Shown: positions 9,327 through 19,658, counted from the stretch's first letter. The stretch: 64,000 nucleotides of DNA from an uncultured Verrucomicrobiae bacterium (GCA_963837955.1 CAWIPH010000002.1:3392001-3456000); one strand, 5' to 3'. Notes: a model not told the origin generated them from the letters alone. Made by a program: numbers and translations.

Positions 9327-10343
9327 ATGTTTCGTTATCTGACAAAGAGCATCTTGTTATTAGGACTAACTATTGTTATTTGCTGTGTTATCTATCCGCT
9401 GGCAGTCTGGGGCATCGGACAAGTCTTTTTTCCGTTCCAGGCCAACGGTAGTTTGTTGAAGGGTCCGGATGGATCGGTCGTTGGTTCGAAGTTGATCGCT
9501 CAACCATTCACCAAGGACGAGTATTTCCAACCACGTCCTTCAGCCGCGTCCTATGACGCGTCTGCGTCGGCCTCGTCCACCTATGCAGCTTCCAACTATC
9601 TGTTGCGCAACCGCGTTGCTACCGTGCTAGGACCGATTGTGAAGTACCGAAGTGGTCCGAAAACGGGGCAACTAGTTGCACCCGACATCGAGGCTTGGTT
9701 CCAGCAGGACAAATTCGCGGGTAACCAACAAATTGTCGCGCAATGGGCTGACCTGCACAACGCCGTGGCCCTGGCTTGGGTGAATGCGGACCCAACGCAC
9801 GCCCAATATGTAGACGCGTGGGCAAAGGCCCATCCCGATTTAGTCGCCCAGTGGGTCAAGGATAACCCGAGCACGCCGCAACCGAAGGCAACGGATCTCG
9901 CAGTCGTTTTCTTCGAGAACTTCTCCAAGGATCATCCTGGGATGTTCCCTTCAGCCGTGACCCAAACGGGTACTGACGGTAAGGCCCAGACCTCCATCCA
10001 ACCGGTAAAGGACGGAACCGATGTGCAAAGCAACTTTTTCGAAATGTGGCGGCAAGATCATCCGGATGCTGACCTGCAAGAAGTTCCCGCTGATCTGGTA
10101 ACAGCATCTGGCTCCGGTCTCGATCCTCATATCACGTTACAAAACGCCGAGTTCCAACTGGATCGCGTTGCATCCAAATGGGCGGACGATACCAAACGGG
10201 ATGGTGCGGAGGTTCGCAAGGAGATCGATCAAATTTTGCAATCCAACGCTTCCGCGGCTTTTTCGGGTCTAGCCGGAGAGAAGTTTGTGAACGTATTGGA
10301 AGTAAACTTGGAGCTTTGTAGTCGGTACGGTGTACCGAAATAA
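9327..10343 (+). CDS. kdpC: K+-transporting ATPase subunit C, long form
   Basis: FPFQANGSL, YFQPRPSA, VPADLVTASGSGLDPHI and VNVLEVNL. ATG at 9327 preferred. Contains a large central insertion. Confidence 0.93.
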   Translation: MFRYLTKSILLLGLTIVICCVIYPLAVWGIGQVFFPFQANGSLLKGPDGSVVGSKLIAQPFTKDEYFQPRPSAASYDASASASSTYAASNYLLRNRVATVLGPIVKYRSGPKTGQLVAPDIEAWFQQDKFAGNQQIVAQWADLHNAVALAWVNADPTHAQYVDAWAKAHPDLVAQWVKDNPSTPQPKATDLAVVFFENFSKDHPGMFPSAVTQTGTDGKAQTSIQPVKDGTDVQSNFFEMWRQDHPDADLQEVPADLVTASGSGLDPHITLQNAEFQLDRVASKWADDTKRDGAEVRKEIDQILQSNASAAFSGLAGEKFVNVLEVNLELCSRYGVPK

Positions 10344-10502
10344 GTGGTAGAGAAAAAGTAGCGGAAATCAGATAGGAAATCAGCGTTCCGCGGGGCGACT
10401 CAGATTGATCTCGATCTGGGTTTGCCCTGCGGCGTGCTTTTCGGCGGTCGCAAGCGCGTGGTCTTTAGGTGCGCCGCTACCACTTTGAATTGCCGACGCG
10501 AC

Positions 10503-11393
10503 CTAACTGTGCGTTTGAACGTCCATACCACTCACTACCCGCACAAAATTCAAAGTGACGGCTTTGGCCGTCCCCTTTTTCCAGCCCAGTCCGACGGAAA
10601 GATCCAGGGTGCTGTCGGCGATCTCACGATAGACCAGACCGGGCGGCCCACATTCTCGATAACTGGAAGGAATCAAGGCTATGCCAAGACCAGAAGCAGC
10701 CATCAGTAACAAGGTAGTTAGATCGGACGCTCCTCGAACGAGATTGACGGAAATCCTCCGCTTCTTGAGATATGGCAAGATGACGGCGTAAAGATTGTCA
10801 GAGTCGTCTTGCAGCGCAACAACCGATTGATGACGTAAATCCCGGAGTTGAAGTCTCTCTTTTCCGGCCAGCGGCAGGTTGGCCGCGAAGGCCGCAATCA
10901 TCGCGCAGCTACCCAATTTTATCACTTCCAGGTTCGGATCGTTCAGCGGCAGCGGCAGAATGCCGGCGTCCAAATCGCCGGCGCGAAGAGCCGCGATTTG
11001 GTCGGTCATGGATTGGGTGACGATCGAACAGCGGACGGCCGGGTACTGCTTTTGGAAATTCTGCAGGAGGTGCGGCAGTATCGTAAACGTCGTCCCGTCC
11101 TCACAGCCAATCCGTAGCAACCCTTTCTCGCCGGTGCCATGTCGCTTGACCTCGATCCGGGCAGTCTCTAGTTCCCGAAAAATTCTTTCGGATTGCTCGA
11201 GGAGGGCCTGACCGGCCGGCGTTAGCTCGACATGACGCCGGGTTCGCACCAAGAGCGGGGTTCCCAATTCGTCCTCCAGATTTTTGATGCTCTTGCTCAG
11301 AGGCGGTTGGGAAACGCCCAACAAGGCAGCCGCTCGCCGAAAATGCAGAGTTTGCGCAACCGTTCGAAAATACCGGAGCTTCACTAGATCCAC
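10503..11393 (-). CDS. LysR family transcriptional regulator
   Basis: LRYFRTVAQTLHFRRAAALLGVSQPPLS HTH plus substrate-binding domain; divergent from the NmrA-like gene. Confidence 0.95.
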   Translation of the reverse strand: MDLVKLRYFRTVAQTLHFRRAAALLGVSQPPLSKSIKNLEDELGTPLLVRTRRHVELTPAGQALLEQSERIFRELETARIEVKRHGTGEKGLLRIGCEDGTTFTILPHLLQNFQKQYPAVRCSIVTQSMTDQIAALRAGDLDAGILPLPLNDPNLEVIKLGSCAMIAAFAANLPLAGKERLQLRDLRHQSVVALQDDSDNLYAVILPYLKKRRISVNLVRGASDLTTLLLMAASGLGIALIPSSYRECGPPGLVYREIADSTLDLSVGLGWKKGTAKAVTLNFVRVVSGMDVQTHS

Positions 11394-11398
11394 GTCTG

Positions 11399-11413
11399 AT
11401 ACTTTTGCGGAAT
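11399..11413. promoter_or_regulatory. putative LysR recognition box (ATAC-N7-GAAT, T-N11-A)
   Basis: ATACTTTTGCGGAAT in the short divergent gap between the LysR and NmrA-like genes. Confidence 0.5.
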
Positions 11414-11470
11414 CAATCGAGGTTGTAAAGAGTCTTGGAGAGATCAGCCCGTGGTCAGCAGGTTGCCCTC

Positions 11471-12340
11471 ATGAATCCTTCTATCTCTACCTCAGTACTG
11501 TTTCTCGGAGCTCCAGGACTTATTGGAAACCATGTGATTCCAGCTCTTGCCGCGGGCGATTTTTCGGTGATGGCCGGCAGTCGACGCGGGCTGGCGATCG
11601 GCGGTGCGACTGGCGTCGCTGTCGATATGCGAGACCCCGAAACTCTGGCGCGGACGATGCAGGGGATCGCCACGGTTGCGTTCGTTATTCCGGACGTCAT
11701 CGATATGGAGGCTCTCGGCCTGAACGTCGTTGCCGCGGCTCAATCCGCCGGGGTGAAACGGCTTCTCTGGTTCTCCAGCTTTGGCGCAAGCCCGAAAAAT
11801 GAAGCTCGTTTCAGTCGCCGCCACCCCGTGATTGATGAAGCAGTCCGCTCCTCTAGCATTCCGTACACGATATTGCGTCCGAACTTTTTCATGCAGGATT
11901 TCACGGCCTTCTACGGGGACACTATCCGGACGACCGGAACAATTTTCCTGCCGCTGGGGGATGCCCGGATCAGTCATCTCGATCTGCGCGACCTCGGCGC
12001 AGCAGCCGTCGCGGTGCTGCGGGAGGATCGGCATCTCGGCAACACTTACGATCTGAGCGGGCCGGAAGCGTTACATACCTCCGAGGTGGCAGAACAGATC
12101 GGATCAGCGATTGGTCGACCGATTCGCTACGAATCGATCTCCGCTGCCGCGCTGGAAGCTGAGTTGCGCGCTGGCGGTGCTGATCCTTACTTTGCTGCAG
12201 GCTTGGCGGAATTGTACGCCTGGATCCGGGACTCCGGACTAGGTAGTGAGGTTACAGGAGCAACGGAGCAGTTGCTCGGTCGCAAGCCAACTCCTTTCCG
12301 AAAATTCGCCGTCGATCATCGATCGGCGTGGCTGGGTTAG
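11471..12340 (+). CDS. NmrA-like NAD(P)H-binding protein (atypical SDR)
   Basis: LGAPGLIG Rossmann motif, YTILRPNFFMQ and YDLSGPEAL. ATG at 11471 preferred. Confidence 0.9.
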   Translation: MNPSISTSVLFLGAPGLIGNHVIPALAAGDFSVMAGSRRGLAIGGATGVAVDMRDPETLARTMQGIATVAFVIPDVIDMEALGLNVVAAAQSAGVKRLLWFSSFGASPKNEARFSRRHPVIDEAVRSSSIPYTILRPNFFMQDFTAFYGDTIRTTGTIFLPLGDARISHLDLRDLGAAAVAVLREDRHLGNTYDLSGPEALHTSEVAEQIGSAIGRPIRYESISAAALEAELRAGGADPYFAAGLAELYAWIRDSGLGSEVTGATEQLLGRKPTPFRKFAVDHRSAWLG

Positions 12341-12375
12341 TTCCGGGACTTAGCAAGTTTTTCAAGGGGCGCCAA

Positions 12376-12879
12376 ATGATCAACAGCCTACTCTTTGCTT
12401 TGACCTTTATCTCGGCACTCAGCTGCGGGCTGATGGCCGGTGTCTTTTTCGCTTTTTCGGCGTTCGTCATGAATGGCCTTAGCCGCCTGCCAGCCACGCA
12501 GAGCATTGCTGCCATGCAATTCATAAATGCCGCGGCGTTCAATCCTTTGTTTGGGGCGGCGTTTTGCGGAACGACTGCTGCGTGCGTTCTTCTGGGTGTT
12601 GCTTCGCTGTTCATGTGGCACAAACCCGCTGGGATCTTCCATCTTGCCGGGAGCCTGCTCTATCTCGTCGGCGCGATTCTGGTAACACTCGTATTCAATC
12701 TACCGTTGAACGGGGGGCTAGCAGCCGTCGACGCGACGAGCGCCGATGGCGCCAACCTATGGGCTGGCTACTTCACCAACTGGATGGTGTGGAATCACGT
12801 GCGAACAGCCGGGGCCCTTGCGGCCGCGGCATCGCTCACCATCGCGCTCTTTTTATCACACAACGAGAGAGCAGCGTGA
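12376..12879 (+). CDS. DUF1772 / anthrone oxygenase family membrane protein
   Basis: GLMAGVFFAFSAFVM, AMQFIN, FNLPLN and W..WNHVRT motifs. Confidence 0.9.
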   Translation: MINSLLFALTFISALSCGLMAGVFFAFSAFVMNGLSRLPATQSIAAMQFINAAAFNPLFGAAFCGTTAACVLLGVASLFMWHKPAGIFHLAGSLLYLVGAILVTLVFNLPLNGGLAAVDATSADGANLWAGYFTNWMVWNHVRTAGALAAAASLTIALFLSHNERAA

Positions 12880-13021
12880 TTCGGCTGTAGATGGATTTGA
12901 TGGATGAGTCCGCGGATGGACCCGGTCCGTTGCTCGAACCGGGTCCTGATGCGGGATGTAATCCCGCTCGCTCCAATCGGCGCTCGCATGTCCCCTCCAG
13001 GTCGGGCACATTATCAACAGC

Positions 13022-13648
13022 ATGCGCGAAATTCTTCCCGGCATCTTCACGTGGGGTTCGACCTACGCCGACAGGCCGTGGGACTTAAACGGTTACGCGA
13101 TCAGGCTCGAAGAATGCACGATACTCGTTGACCCACCGGCACCCGAAGATGACTGGTCGAGCTTCAACCTGATTAAGCCAATCACGAAGATCGTCCTCAC
13201 CAACCGTGACCATGTCCGGGACGCCGAGCTGTTTCGGACACGCTTCGGCGCTCAGCTCGTCGTGGGGGCGGATGAGGTGGCTCAACTCGCCCCCATTGCG
13301 GTCGACGAAGCGGTTAGCGAAGGAGACCTGATTGCTGGTGCTCTCCGCGTGATTCATCTCCCCGGCAAATCGGCCGGCGAGATCGGGCTGTACTTTAGTC
13401 AAGCACACCATGCGCTCTCGCGGGAGATGGGCGGCATCTTGCTCCTCGGCGATGCGATCATCGGGAACCCGCCGGGCGCACTGGGTCTGATTCCGGAGCC
13501 CAAGCTCGATGACTCCTCGAAGCTCAAACGCTCGCTACGCAAACTGCTCGATTACGACTTTGATGTATTACTGCTCTGCGATGGCCAACCTCTACTGAGC
13601 GGGGGCAAACGGAAAGTCGTCGAGTTTTTGAACACGCTGGCTGGATAG
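13022..13648 (+). CDS. metallo-beta-lactamase fold protein
   Basis: ILVDPP, LTNRDHVRD (degenerate HxHxDH), HLPGKSAGE, LLGDA and FDVLLLCDG. Confidence 0.8.
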   Translation: MREILPGIFTWGSTYADRPWDLNGYAIRLEECTILVDPPAPEDDWSSFNLIKPITKIVLTNRDHVRDAELFRTRFGAQLVVGADEVAQLAPIAVDEAVSEGDLIAGALRVIHLPGKSAGEIGLYFSQAHHALSREMGGILLLGDAIIGNPPGALGLIPEPKLDDSSKLKRSLRKLLDYDFDVLLLCDGQPLLSGGKRKVVEFLNTLAG

Positions 13649-13807
13649 ATCACATACGAGGCGCCATCTCGGAAGTCTTAACCCGCGAAGCGCTCGTGTC
13701 TCGAACTCCGATGTTTCCCGTTCAACGAATGCCCGATTGCTGGACCGACCGGGAAATCCCAAGGGCTGACCTGCACAACGCCGCGGGAATTGTAGGACTG
13801 CTCCGAC

Positions 13808-15253
13808 TTAGCTGGCGCCGTGGCGTCGCTTGATCCGCTTGTTTTGTACTTTGCGTTGGGGGAACTCTCGTTTGTCCTTATGGAAGTAACAAATCTCGAC
13901 CAGCGTCGGCCAGATTTCCAGGGTAGCATGAATTTGGCTCACCACGTCATCAACGATCCGCGACACATTTTGTTGAAAAAAATCCGGTTCGAAACCATAG
14001 AAGGAGCGCGCCAGATTTTCGGCAAATAACAGCAACGCCTCTTTTCGCTCGGGGATTTTCGTCGAAGCTGCAGCGTTCAGGACACGAGTATGAACTGCCG
14101 TGATGCTTTGCAGAATTTCTTCGCTATCCTGCAGCGTTACTTCACCCTCGTACTCGAATCGGATCGATAAATCATCAACCGATACCAGTGACGACTTAAT
14201 TTTTTTCTTCAACAACGTACAGATCTCTTCGTTGAAGACGTCCGTTGCCAACGGACTTCGCATATAGTTGTTCTTGATGTGAGTCTGCACGGCGTCGGTA
14301 TGAGCTGCCACAATCCCGTCCTGCTGTATCCACAATCGATAGATATAATCCTCAAAGCGGAGCCGGGTGGGAAAAAAAGGAGGCAGGCCGAGCCGGTTAT
14401 CGTAACCAGCAACTCCGCAATCGATTCGCCAATTCTTGTTGGTGACAACTGGCCGGAAATTTTCCAGCACGTAGACCTCATTGATCTCGTGCAAATCTTT
14501 TTGCCGTTGATCTTCGTCATGCAGATACATCTCCACGTAGTCGAGGGCGTCGATGTCGTTGGTGCCGGTTCGAAAACTCTGCGCTATTTTAACGATTGCA
14601 TTTTTCGAGACTGGCCCATCCTCGAGTAGGAGCGAGTTCTCTATAACAAATTCTTTGGTCACGTTTGTCTCGAGGTCCATCGACGTGTCGACCAGAAGGT
14701 TCCCGGATTCGAAATTAGCCGGCAACTCGCTCACCTTTTTTCCCAGCACATCTTTGAATGATGTAAGAATGTCGAACGACTTGTCGATGTATCCGTTTTC
14801 GCCCGGTTTTTTTAAACGGCCGCGACTGACCTCCTCCGGTTTCAACGATTCGGGACTGCTCTCGACCAGCGCATACGGACGCATATCATCATCCGCGCTG
14901 ACCAGGAATGCGCCCAAGGTGTAGATCAGCGAGAAATTGCGGTTGCCTCCATAACTCGGCCGAAAAATGGTGCGCACGAGCGACTCGAGCTTTCTGTCGC
15001 GGAGTTTCCTGTTCAAGAACTTGAGGAATTGCTCCTTCTCCTGAGGACCGACGTAGTAGAGGTCGTTGACCGTTCTGGTCTTCTCCAGCTTTGAATAATA
15101 CTTCTCGTGATTGGCTAAGCTTGAATCGTCGAAGACAACGATCTTCACCGAGTGACCGTTGCTCCAAAAATTTGCGTCGTATTCCTCAATTGTCTCGGCC
15201 ACATCACGCAAGCGATAGGTGGGGATGGCGAATATCGTATCTGCGGTTTTCAT
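13808..15253 (-). CDS. uncharacterised GT-A fold (nucleotide-sugar transferase/mutase-like) protein, 481 aa
   Basis: IPTYR, VVFDDSS, SYGGNRN, LVSADDDMRP (DxD) and RFEDY motifs. ATG at 15253 preferred. Confidence 0.7.
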   Translation of the reverse strand: MKTADTIFAIPTYRLRDVAETIEEYDANFWSNGHSVKIVVFDDSSLANHEKYYSKLEKTRTVNDLYYVGPQEKEQFLKFLNRKLRDRKLESLVRTIFRPSYGGNRNFSLIYTLGAFLVSADDDMRPYALVESSPESLKPEEVSRGRLKKPGENGYIDKSFDILTSFKDVLGKKVSELPANFESGNLLVDTSMDLETNVTKEFVIENSLLLEDGPVSKNAIVKIAQSFRTGTNDIDALDYVEMYLHDEDQRQKDLHEINEVYVLENFRPVVTNKNWRIDCGVAGYDNRLGLPPFFPTRLRFEDYIYRLWIQQDGIVAAHTDAVQTHIKNNYMRSPLATDVFNEEICTLLKKKIKSSLVSVDDLSIRFEYEGEVTLQDSEEILQSITAVHTRVLNAAASTKIPERKEALLLFAENLARSFYGFEPDFFQQNVSRIVDDVVSQIHATLEIWPTLVEICYFHKDKREFPQRKVQNKRIKRRHGAS

Positions 15254-15772
15254 TAAGTAAAAGCGTCGGATCGTTCGGAAGCGCCGGGGGTCCGTCAGGA
15301 CTGGATGAGCCGGGTGCAAAACCCGATTCGTTAAGCGCACCATCGACTTTCACGTCGAGGAGAAAGGAGGGACTGATAGTCTCTCTTGGTTCCGCATCGC
15401 GCGGGTTAGTTTGAGCGGACTCATTCCAAGAGTCATGCGCTCGTTCATTGCGCCAGAAATATTTGAGCTTTCCACGAATAAGGCGGTCTGGTGTAAAAAG
15501 CGTTTAGCGTGCCAAATCCGGCCTAGCACTCCTAATCACTTCGTTTCCAGGGAGATAAGACCGAGTTATCGCCATCATAAGTCTTGGCGAGATTTGCAAC
15601 CTGCGAGCCGCAGCCGAGGTCGATGTCGCAAAGAGCAAGGATTCTTCTGGCGAGTAAGCATGCTCTGATTGAAACAGAGACGGTCCCATCCCGACAGGGA
15701 CATCGGATAGGGCCCAGTCCAGCGGCTGCACATCTGCCTCAACTTAAGGCGCAGAAACATGCGCAGAGACTC

Positions 15773-15999
15773 GTCCCGGAGGGACCGAATGAAAGAAGCC
15801 CAGTACGAAGTGCTGGGTGGCGTTCAAAAAAGCGGCCCGTCCCGGACGGGACGATCGACGGCTGCTTACGCTGGTGAAGCCGCGTACGAGAGGACTAGGA
15901 GCCAAAACGCTTCGATCGTCCCGGACGGGACGGACGTCTCTTTTTGCATTATTTCCCAGCACTTCGTACTGGGCTACTTTCATCGGGTCCCTCCGGGAC
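15773..15999. repeat. palindromic REP/MITE-like element, copy 2 (227 bp, about 45-bp terminal inverted repeats)
   Basis: GTCCCGGAGGGACCGAATGAAAGAAGCCCAGTACGAAGTGCTGGG ... CCCAGCACTTCGTACTGGGCTACTTTCATCGGGTCCCTCCGGGAC, with two internal CGTCCCGGACGGGACG hairpins. Confidence 0.9.
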
Positions 16000-16518
16000 C
16001 AATCCACTCGCACATATCTCCTCCTTTTATGTCTGCCGCACATCCGCGACCGCGGGCCGTGGCAAACAGGCAGAGAATCGCTCTCAGGGAACGGCTCCAG
16101 AATGACAAGGGCCCCTGGCAATCTGACGGTCTTTAGGCCTCCGGGACTAAGAAGAAGTAATCCCTCCGGGTAGGGAATAAAAGACCCCTTCCGCTAATAG
16201 CGGCAGAACGTGCTCACCATTACTATCCATACAGTAGTTTCGGTTAGTCCGAATATCATTAGAGGATCGACGAATTGAAAAATGGTGCAGGTGGAGCGGT
16301 TATGGATAAACGAGTTGCTTTTCAACAAACTAAAACAATATCCGATCACCCCTTACTAATCGGGGAGATTCTCCGAAGAGCCGCAACGCGGAATACTCGG
16401 AAGGCGAAATGGCGAGCATTCTTTAGCAGGATAAGAATCTTCTGATAGATCGTCGCAAATTGAAAGTTGGCCCAAGACGACCTCACTGCGTTATCGATAT
16501 GCCTCATTTACCAAAGAT

Positions 16519-16686
16519 ATGAAGGCGAGTCTGACAAACTGGATGATCCTGAAATTACTCGCACTCTTTACGACCTCTTGCCTTATCCTTTTGGCAGCCT
16601 TTTCAATGATTGTCCAAATGGATACGGAAATGAATGCGCTAGAATTGAATGCCTCTACTCCTGAGTGGCCACCGCCACAATACTAG
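16519..16686 (+). CDS. possible small membrane protein (55 aa)
   Basis: Hand translation MKASLTNWMILKLLALFTTSCLILLAAFSMIVQMD...WPPPQY, with one hydrophobic segment. Confidence 0.3.
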   Translation: MKASLTNWMILKLLALFTTSCLILLAAFSMIVQMDTEMNALELNASTPEWPPPQY

Positions 16687-16724
16687 CGGGATCTTAATCT
16701 CTGGGTCGGTGCAACCCGGCAGGA

Positions 16725-17114
16725 ATGAGAGCGGGCAAAATGTGGTCAAATTTCTGGAAGGACTTTAATAGCGAGAATGATTGGCGATTTCCCGACACGG
16801 CTCCGTCGCAACTCCAAGAATTGCTAGATGATCCAACCGGAAATCATCCGGAGCACGTGCGCGCTGAATGGATGTGGCGACGTAGACCGAAACTGGTTTT
16901 GGGAGAAGGATTTCTCGGCTATTGCCTGGTACTCACAGTCGGCGTGTCATTACCGCTTGTTCATCCCTATGGGATCGTTCTCGATCTGATCTGGCTGTTT
17001 ATCAGTTCTCTGCTGATCGCTTCAGACACGGTACGCGCTATCCGCTGGAGGCGGAATTATGAGGCCAGTCTGTGCCGGCTGATTCGCAGCACGCGACGAA
17101 GAGAAACGATTTAG
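16725..17114 (+). CDS. hypothetical membrane protein
   Basis: 129-aa ORF with two hydrophobic segments and a basic C-terminus. Confidence 0.5.
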   Translation: MRAGKMWSNFWKDFNSENDWRFPDTAPSQLQELLDDPTGNHPEHVRAEWMWRRRPKLVLGEGFLGYCLVLTVGVSLPLVHPYGIVLDLIWLFISSLLIASDTVRAIRWRRNYEASLCRLIRSTRRRETI

Positions 17115-17142
17115 CCGGTTCTGCGTTGCGCCCTCAAAAAGC

Positions 17143-17364
17143 GTAGCCTGATGCTTCCTCCTTCGTTCTCCCACACCCCCCATAACTTCGGCGGACAAGC
17201 CAGCCTCAGGAAGCATATCAGTGATCGGTGATTATTGACTGGTGAGAAGGCAGCGAGAGATTTCTACCGAGGTTTTGCCAATAGGCATCGACCAATCACC
17301 AATCACCAATCACCTATCACATTCGCAGCTGCCCTCGGTTCCTGAGCCAGGAGGATCAGGCTAC
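17143..17364. repeat. composite palindromic element with heptamer arms
   Basis: Outer inverted repeat GTAGCCTGATGCTTCCT / AGGAGGATCAGGCTAC; inner CTCAGGAA / TTCCTGAG; heptamer arms around GAGAGATTTCTACCGAG. Partial copy at 59231-59390. Confidence 0.75.
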
Positions 17365-18069
17365 TTCGCGAGGTCCTCCGGTGGCTTAAACTTTTTTTAA
17401 CGTCCAAACTGCCGCCGTCTTAACGCTGGGAAGGTTTACTTACTAAGCGGCTCCTCCACAAGAAATGTCGAGGTAAGTCCACTTGGAAGTTCATCATGAC
17501 CAGCCAGTGCTTCAAGAGTCCGGCGCAGCAATTTCCTCAAAGCTTTGAATGTCTCGCTCGAGCTATGAAGAAGAACTTTGTCCGGCAATACGAGTTTGCC
17601 GTTCTGCTCCGTCTCCTCTCGTCTCAATTCACTCCCCTATCCAGCGAAAGCCAAACGCTCCGTATCGCCTCCCGCACCGCCCGAAACAAGGGATCAAAGC
17701 TAAAGAATCTACTCACCAGTCTAGGCTGGAGCCTAGCCAAACCGAAACATACACACCCGGCGTTTTTGATCTGGTTTCGTTTGGTAAAATCAAGTCCACC
17801 CCGTCTGACGATTCTGCTGCTGAGTCTTGTTGCCGGAAAACGACTGCGCGCTCGGCTCCTTGACGATTTCTATCCGTGGAACTCGATACGTCGAGACGAG
17901 CTCAAGCGTCCGACGCGGATCGCAAAATCGAAAACGTAAATCGCCTCAGTGCGGGCTTCCGCGATTAAAGAAAAGTAATCCATCGGAGGGGCTACAAAAC
18001 ACTCTTTCGGCCAGTAGCGATGGAAATTGTCAAATGTTAGCCTACCAAGAGTAGGTTCCGTCAGTCCGA

Positions 18070-18705
18070 ATGGAGTTTGGGGAACCGCGGCGGAGGATAT
18101 CAGTCAAGCGGGTCAGCGCAGAGTCGCTCGCAGGTGGGATTGTGTTAGCAAAGGGTGAAATGAAGATTCATATGGAAATTAATAATGCAGGGATTATGCC
18201 AAAAAAGAGAGAAAATATGACGGCGGATCCGTTTCCGCCCGACACCATTCCTGTCAGAAGAGGCTCGAGACCTAAAACATTGATTGGGCCGTTGCACATT
18301 CAATGCAACGGACACGGTGATCCAAAATATCTGAACCAGTTAGTCGACGACGTGCTGACCTGGCCTCACGTTGAGTCTACGCCACCTGCTAGCCGTTTGG
18401 ATACTATTCCCATACGTTTGGAGGAAGCGGCTACCACCAGTAACTCTTCAGCATTTATCAGCACGAGGGAGTTTGCTCGGGTGCTTCTGGGAGCTCCGAC
18501 GATATATTTGGCGTTACCCTTGGTATCCGCTCACTGGGCAATCGTGCGCGGATGGGCCGAGCCACACTACCTTCGATCGTTCGGGTTGATGCCGGCCGGC
18601 GCCGTGCTCGTGTATACGCCAAAGGATCCAGCGGAACTGGCGGTCTGCTATTCTCTCTTCGCTGAGGCTTACAATTTTGCCTGCAGATTCGGCAAAGACG
18701 AATAA
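18070..18705 (+). CDS. luciferase-domain (DUF5519-like) protein; true start probably downstream
   Basis: RRGSRPKT..PLHIQ, REFARV, AIVRGWAEPH and VLVYTPKDPAEL motifs. Confidence 0.7.
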   Translation: MEFGEPRRRISVKRVSAESLAGGIVLAKGEMKIHMEINNAGIMPKKRENMTADPFPPDTIPVRRGSRPKTLIGPLHIQCNGHGDPKYLNQLVDDVLTWPHVESTPPASRLDTIPIRLEEAATTSNSSAFISTREFARVLLGAPTIYLALPLVSAHWAIVRGWAEPHYLRSFGLMPAGAVLVYTPKDPAELAVCYSLFAEAYNFACRFGKDE

Positions 18706-19016
18706 TTTTTATCCATCCTTCGGGTAACCGATAACCACTCTTTTGGCTAATAGCGAGCCGCTGGGTATATCAGTACACTATATTGCCGATTCGGCAGGAA
18801 GGAATGGTTCTCAAATGGTTATTTGCAAGAGTACAACCGATGCTTACTATCCGATGTCGGGTAGGCTGCCGGACCTGATCCGCGGAAGTGGAAGGATTCG
18901 ATATTTTCGCGGCTTTCTTCTCATGAATCCGAAGCAGTCCGACCCAGCCGTCGGCTCGCGTAGAGGAAGAGAGAGAGCAAAGTCTCACTAAACAAAGAGC
19001 GGGAATATCCAGCGAG

Positions 19017-19658
19017 CTAACCTCCTGGAATTAGTCCCCGCTTCGTAGCAACAGCAATCGCTTCCGTGCGGCCCATGGCATCTAACTTTGTCAGAATAGA
19101 TTTCACGTGGGCCTTTACTGTGTGCTCCGTAATGTAGAGTTGTTGTCCTATTTCTTTGTTGCTTTTGCCCATCGCTATCTGCCGCAAAACCTGAAGCTCA
19201 CGCGTCGAGAGCTCGGGATGGGCCAACGATTCCGTGAGTTTGGAGGCGATCTTCGGCGAGACCAAAGATTCTCCTAGGGCAACTCTCCGAACAGTCTCAA
19301 GAATCTGTTCCGATAAGGCTCCTTTCACCAGGTAACCCTTGACGCCGGCCCGGAGAGCTCGGCGAACATCCTCTTCTGTCTCGTAGGTTGTCATCACGAT
19401 AATCCGCGGTTTGGGTCGTCTGCTGGACATCAGTTCGGTGACAACCTGCAGCCCGTCTTTCTTCGGCATCCGAAGGTCGAGGATAAGAACATCGGGAGAA
19501 TGCCGATCATACAGCTTACAGGCTTCCTCGCCATCAGTGGCTTCGGCTACGACCTCTATATCTTTCTCCGATCGGAGAATGGCAGCCAGACCTTCGCGAA
19601 CGACCGGATGATCATCCGCAATCAAAACGCGAATGGTGTTTGTTGCGGACGATTTCAT
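19017..19658 (-). CDS. NarL/LuxR family response regulator (orphan)
   Basis: IRVLIADDHPVVREG, LDLRMP and LSTRELQVL...KSNKEI...TVKAHV HTH. Confidence 0.95.
   Translation of the reverse strand: MKSSATNTIRVLIADDHPVVREGLAAILRSEKDIEVVAEATDGEEACKLYDRHSPDVLILDLRMPKKDGLQVVTELMSSRRPKPRIIVMTTYETEEDVRRALRAGVKGYLVKGALSEQILETVRRVALGESLVSPKIASKLTESLAHPELSTRELQVLRQIAMGKSNKEIGQQLYITEHTVKAHVKSILTKLDAMGRTEAIAVATKRGLIPGG

Noticed and set aside
15554..15570. Palindrome GATAA-N7-TTATC upstream of the GT-A-like gene
   Set aside because: A single occurrence about 300 bp from the start. It could be a LysR box but has no supporting copy.
17436..18054. Several overlapping ORFs
   Set aside because: No motif, start context or composition that favours any frame; left unannotated.
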